Shown here: one piece after another, positions 57,675 to 60,194 of the stretch
Numbering within the stretch: the stretch's first letter is position 1
Layout: each line of letters opens with the position of its first letter
Virus record (IMG/VR): IMGVR_UViG_3300001450_000036
Location: 1-60,194 of that record
DNA: 60,194 nucleotides
Origin: a virus
Taxonomy: Duplodnaviria; Caudoviricetes
Direction: 5' to 3' (one strand)
Notes under the pieces: generated by a model
The model's input: only the letters and a program-made list of their open reading frames with translations
Database searches by the model: none
Told to the model about the DNA's origin: nothing
Program-made: the position numbers and the translations under genes

Positions 57675-59054
57675 TTAATTATTTTTATTTATTATTTGTT
57701 CTCTTCTTTGTAAGGCTCGAGCAACCCTTTCTCTATTTCTATTAGTTTTTTCTTCCTCGAAACCAAGGAAAGTTTGTGTAGTTTCGGTATCAATTTCTAA
57801 GGTACCATTATCAAATTTACAGTTTTCAAAAATAATACCGTCTCTACCTAATCTGGATTTAACAATAGCTATTGTAGCTAATCCCAATTCTTTCTGTTGT
57901 AGTGTTTTTGCAACTGATATTATAACGTGACCTACTTGTGCTTTTTTAATAGAACCCCCCATTTGGTCTGTAGTGACCACCTCAGCAGATATAGAACTCC
58001 TATTACCTTGGGTGGCAGTCCAACCCGCTATATCTAACTCATGACACATACCTTCAAATTTTCTCATAACAGAACCTTCACCTTTCCATTCATCATTAAA
58101 AGACCTATCTGGTAGTATACAATCTATATAGTCTATTAATACTACATCTATTTTAGTACCTTCAGAAATAATTTTTCTAACTTGGTTTTTAATTTGGAGA
58201 ATTGTCATTTCATCAGATGGTAATTTTTTAAGTATTAATCTACCACCGGTTTTTTTCATTTCATCTGCCTTATCTAAAACTGTTTCTTTATGTTCAGATA
58301 ATTCATCATTAGGTATACCAGTCCAACAAGTAAAATGTTTTCTTTGTATAATTTTAGGGTTATCCTCAAAAAATATTTGTAATACATTATACCCCATATT
58401 AAAGGCTGTGTTCGCAAATCTAGTTAACATAGTTGTTTTTCCAACACCTGTAGGAGCGAGTACAACACCAATTTCTCCCTTTGCTAAACCACCATTTAAT
58501 ATATTATCTAAACCATCTATCCCTGTTGGGATTGGGTGCCTATAGTCTTCGTCCAATAATTTATCTAGTTCTGTAAAAATTTCAAAACTACCAACGTCAC
58601 CGTCACCTATTTTAATAGCGTCTCTTATTAATTCTTCACATTTATCATAATTTTCAAAGTCTCCTTTTTCCATTATATTTTCAACCTTAGTAATAGCTTT
58701 TTTTAATTCTTGTTGTTTACAAAAATTTAGTGATTTTTCTTTAATAAAAAGATGGTCCTCAAAAGAAGCTTCTTTAATTTCTCTCAACATATCAAAAATG
58801 TATTTTTGTGCCATTTCTGATGAAATTTCTATACGTGTTAGTTGGTCAAGTGCGTCAAATGAGGGTGCTGTTTGATATTTTTCGTGATATTCCTTTATTA
58901 ATTGCATAACTAATTTAAAATACTGGTTGTCAAAATATTTTGACTGAATCGCATCTATAATTGTATTAAAGAATGGATTATCTGTTATTATTAAATTTAT
59001 TAGTTTTAGTTGGAAGGAATGTCCTAGATACCCAAAATTTTTTCTATCACTCAT
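57675..59054 (-). CDS. dnaB: Replicative DNA helicase (DnaB/gp41-like)
   Basis: PTGIDGLD..LNGGL, Walker A APTGVGKT, IDYID, TATQGNR, KSR. Confidence 0.92.
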   Translation of the reverse strand: MSDRKNFGYLGHSFQLKLINLIITDNPFFNTIIDAIQSKYFDNQYFKLVMQLIKEYHEKYQTAPSFDALDQLTRIEISSEMAQKYIFDMLREIKEASFEDHLFIKEKSLNFCKQQELKKAITKVENIMEKGDFENYDKCEELIRDAIKIGDGDVGSFEIFTELDKLLDEDYRHPIPTGIDGLDNILNGGLAKGEIGVVLAPTGVGKTTMLTRFANTAFNMGYNVLQIFFEDNPKIIQRKHFTCWTGIPNDELSEHKETVLDKADEMKKTGGRLILKKLPSDEMTILQIKNQVRKIISEGTKIDVVLIDYIDCILPDRSFNDEWKGEGSVMRKFEGMCHELDIAGWTATQGNRSSISAEVVTTDQMGGSIKKAQVGHVIISVAKTLQQKELGLATIAIVKSRLGRDGIIFENCKFDNGTLEIDTETTQTFLGFEEEKTNRNRERVARALQRREQIINKNN

Positions 59055-59080
59055 TTATAATTTCTTTTTTAATAAATACC

Positions 59081-59524
59081 TTATTCACTTACAAGTAAGC
59101 TATAATCTTGGTATTTAGTTATAACTTTTTTTGTTGACAGTGTGTATGTCAGTTCCCTTAGGATTTGGGATATTTGTGGTCTAATATCTACAGTGTATCT
59201 TACTTTCGGGGGATAGAGGTCGGCACGGAAGCTTCTATGGTATACAGAGTGTTTTCCTTTTTTAATTGTTATCGTAAAATACTCTTCTTTTTGTTCTAAT
59301 TCCGCGGCGTTCTCTTTATAATTACTTTCTAATAAAAATAAAGTTTTTAACTTTAATTTATCAATCATCTCATCTACAATGGATGTTACCGTGTGGTGTA
59401 AATTTAGTGAATTTGTGGCTTTATTACTAAAATTTCTAACACTAAAAAATCTCTGACATACTATATTGTCTTCTAGTTTTAGTAAAAATTCACATTTTTG
59501 TGTGTTGTCTGTTCTTGTTTTCAT
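59081..59524 (-). CDS. Hypothetical protein
   Basis: 147-aa ORF between the exonuclease and the helicase. Confidence 0.75.
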   Translation of the reverse strand: MKTRTDNTQKCEFLLKLEDNIVCQRFFSVRNFSNKATNSLNLHHTVTSIVDEMIDKLKLKTLFLLESNYKENAAELEQKEEYFTITIKKGKHSVYHRSFRADLYPPKVRYTVDIRPQISQILRELTYTLSTKKVITKYQDYSLLVSE

Positions 59525-59525
59525 A

Positions 59526-60194
59526 TTAATTATTTTTGTTTTTATAAAAATCTTTTTCTATTCTACTTAATCTTAAAAATGGTCTAACGAAATCCACCCA
59601 AGAATCGTCTTTCTTAGGTAAAATATTAAGAATTCCATCTGACATCATCAAGCCTAAAGCGTTTTTCCAATGTCTCCCTTCTGGGTCTATTGCTTCTTTA
59701 GCTAATTCTTTTATACCTTCAACTGCTTCTGGTGTTAAGAATTGTTCTCCCACACCTATTATTTTATAATTTGTGTGTAATAAATTTTTGTTATTTGTTG
59801 TTTGATTTGTTTTTTGACTGACACCGTAAAGGATGTTTTCTTCCTTTTTGGTTTTTTTATCTTTTTTACTGATGGTTGTAATTAGTTCGTCTAAACTTAC
59901 CTCCTCTTCTGATATCAGAGGATGTATTTTTATTAAAGATTTTATCCCCACCATTTTTATACCATATATATTATCCGAAGAATCACCACATATAGTTTTG
60001 GCTAACCTTACATTGGTGTGTGGTATGTAGACACCATTTAATGGTACTTTTTCACCATATTTAAAAAGTTTATTTAAAGAAATTACATGTGTAGACACAT
60101 TTGTATCTATTAATTGTAGTAAGTCTCTATCAGAAGTAAGTATTATAATCTCTTCTTTTGGGGACTGGTTGCAATAATAAGCTATACAGTCGTC
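59526..60194 (-). CDS. 5'-3' exonuclease / RNase H (FEN family), 5'-partial
   Basis: The frame stays open to the window edge: DDCIAYY...TSDRDLLQLI...GDSSDNIYGIKMVGIKS. The true start lies beyond 60194. Confidence 0.88.
   Translation of the reverse strand, partial: DDCIAYYCNQSPKEEIIILTSDRDLLQLIDTNVSTHVISLNKLFKYGEKVPLNGVYIPHTNVRLAKTICGDSSDNIYGIKMVGIKSLIKIHPLISEEEVSLDELITTISKKDKKTKKEENILYGVSQKTNQTTNNKNLLHTNYKIIGVGEQFLTPEAVEGIKELAKEAIDPEGRHWKNALGLMMSDGILNILPKKDDSWVDFVRPFLRLSRIEKDFYKNKNN

Noticed and set aside
55757-59054. Inteins or introns in nrdJ or dnaB
   Set aside because: Both ORFs have normal length and continuous motifs, with no intein termini or endonuclease motifs.
2434-60030. Many plus-strand ORFs in the track (e.g. 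3241, 4926, 5424, 11591, 12269, 23461, 51156, 52008) and short nested minus-strand ORFs (5614, 26311, 35091, 42808)
   Set aside because: They overlap well-supported genes, have shadow-frame composition and show no recognisable motifs.
1-60194. Stop-codon reassignment as in Lak or crAss-like phages
   Set aside because: Genes tile densely under the standard code, and TAG ends genes cleanly (e.g. 3390, 6231, 17694).
1-60194. Bacterial chromosome or eukaryotic giant virus origin
   Set aside because: dnaJ, rpoD and dnaB sit among gp6/gp25-like baseplate genes and phage-type nucleases, with no housekeeping operons. A sigma factor and a peptidoglycan hydrolase argue against a eukaryotic host.
1-60194. 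tRNA, rRNA or structured ncRNA genes
   Set aside because: Intergenic gaps are almost all under 100 nt and AT-rich. No cloverleaf or T-loop signature was noticed.

Overview
AT-rich, densely coding window, almost entirely on the minus strand, from a large (jumbo-type) tailed phage with a contractile T4-like baseplate. The host is most likely Bacteroidota (Flavobacteriales-like), judging from a short Bacteroidota-type RpoD, an Hc1-like histone protein, a DUF6576-like tail, SprB-like repeats, a TTTG-N20-TAnnTTTG promoter and A-rich starts without Shine-Dalgarno sites. Left to right: a partial DUF4338/DruA-like gene, dnaJ, small hypotheticals, probable internal head proteins and a possible lysis cluster, a sigma factor, a glutaredoxin-like gene, SbcC/SbcD-like nuclease subunits, a GT2 glycosyltransferase, an M23 peptidase, a ParB-membrane fusion, an exonuclease, a primase and a RuvC-like resolvase. 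Then comes a ~35 kb tail/baseplate module, including a 2616-aa Cys-rich repeat protein, a dockerin-like protein and gp6/gp25-like wedge proteins. The window ends with a class II RNR, DnaB and a partial 5'-3' exonuclease. I saw no tRNA, rRNA, CRISPR array or mobile element. The most notable unexplained signals are: (1) a repeated TTGA-N19-[TC]Ann[TA]TTA-N4-ATG element implying leaderless mRNAs, perhaps read by the phage sigma; (2) a TATTTAT motif in front of many genes; (3) an [ST][GA]x[ST] motif concentrated in virion proteins; (4) Cys-rich virion proteins together with CxxC redox candidates; (5) apparent GATC avoidance. All protein family calls come from motif recognition by eye, not from database searches.
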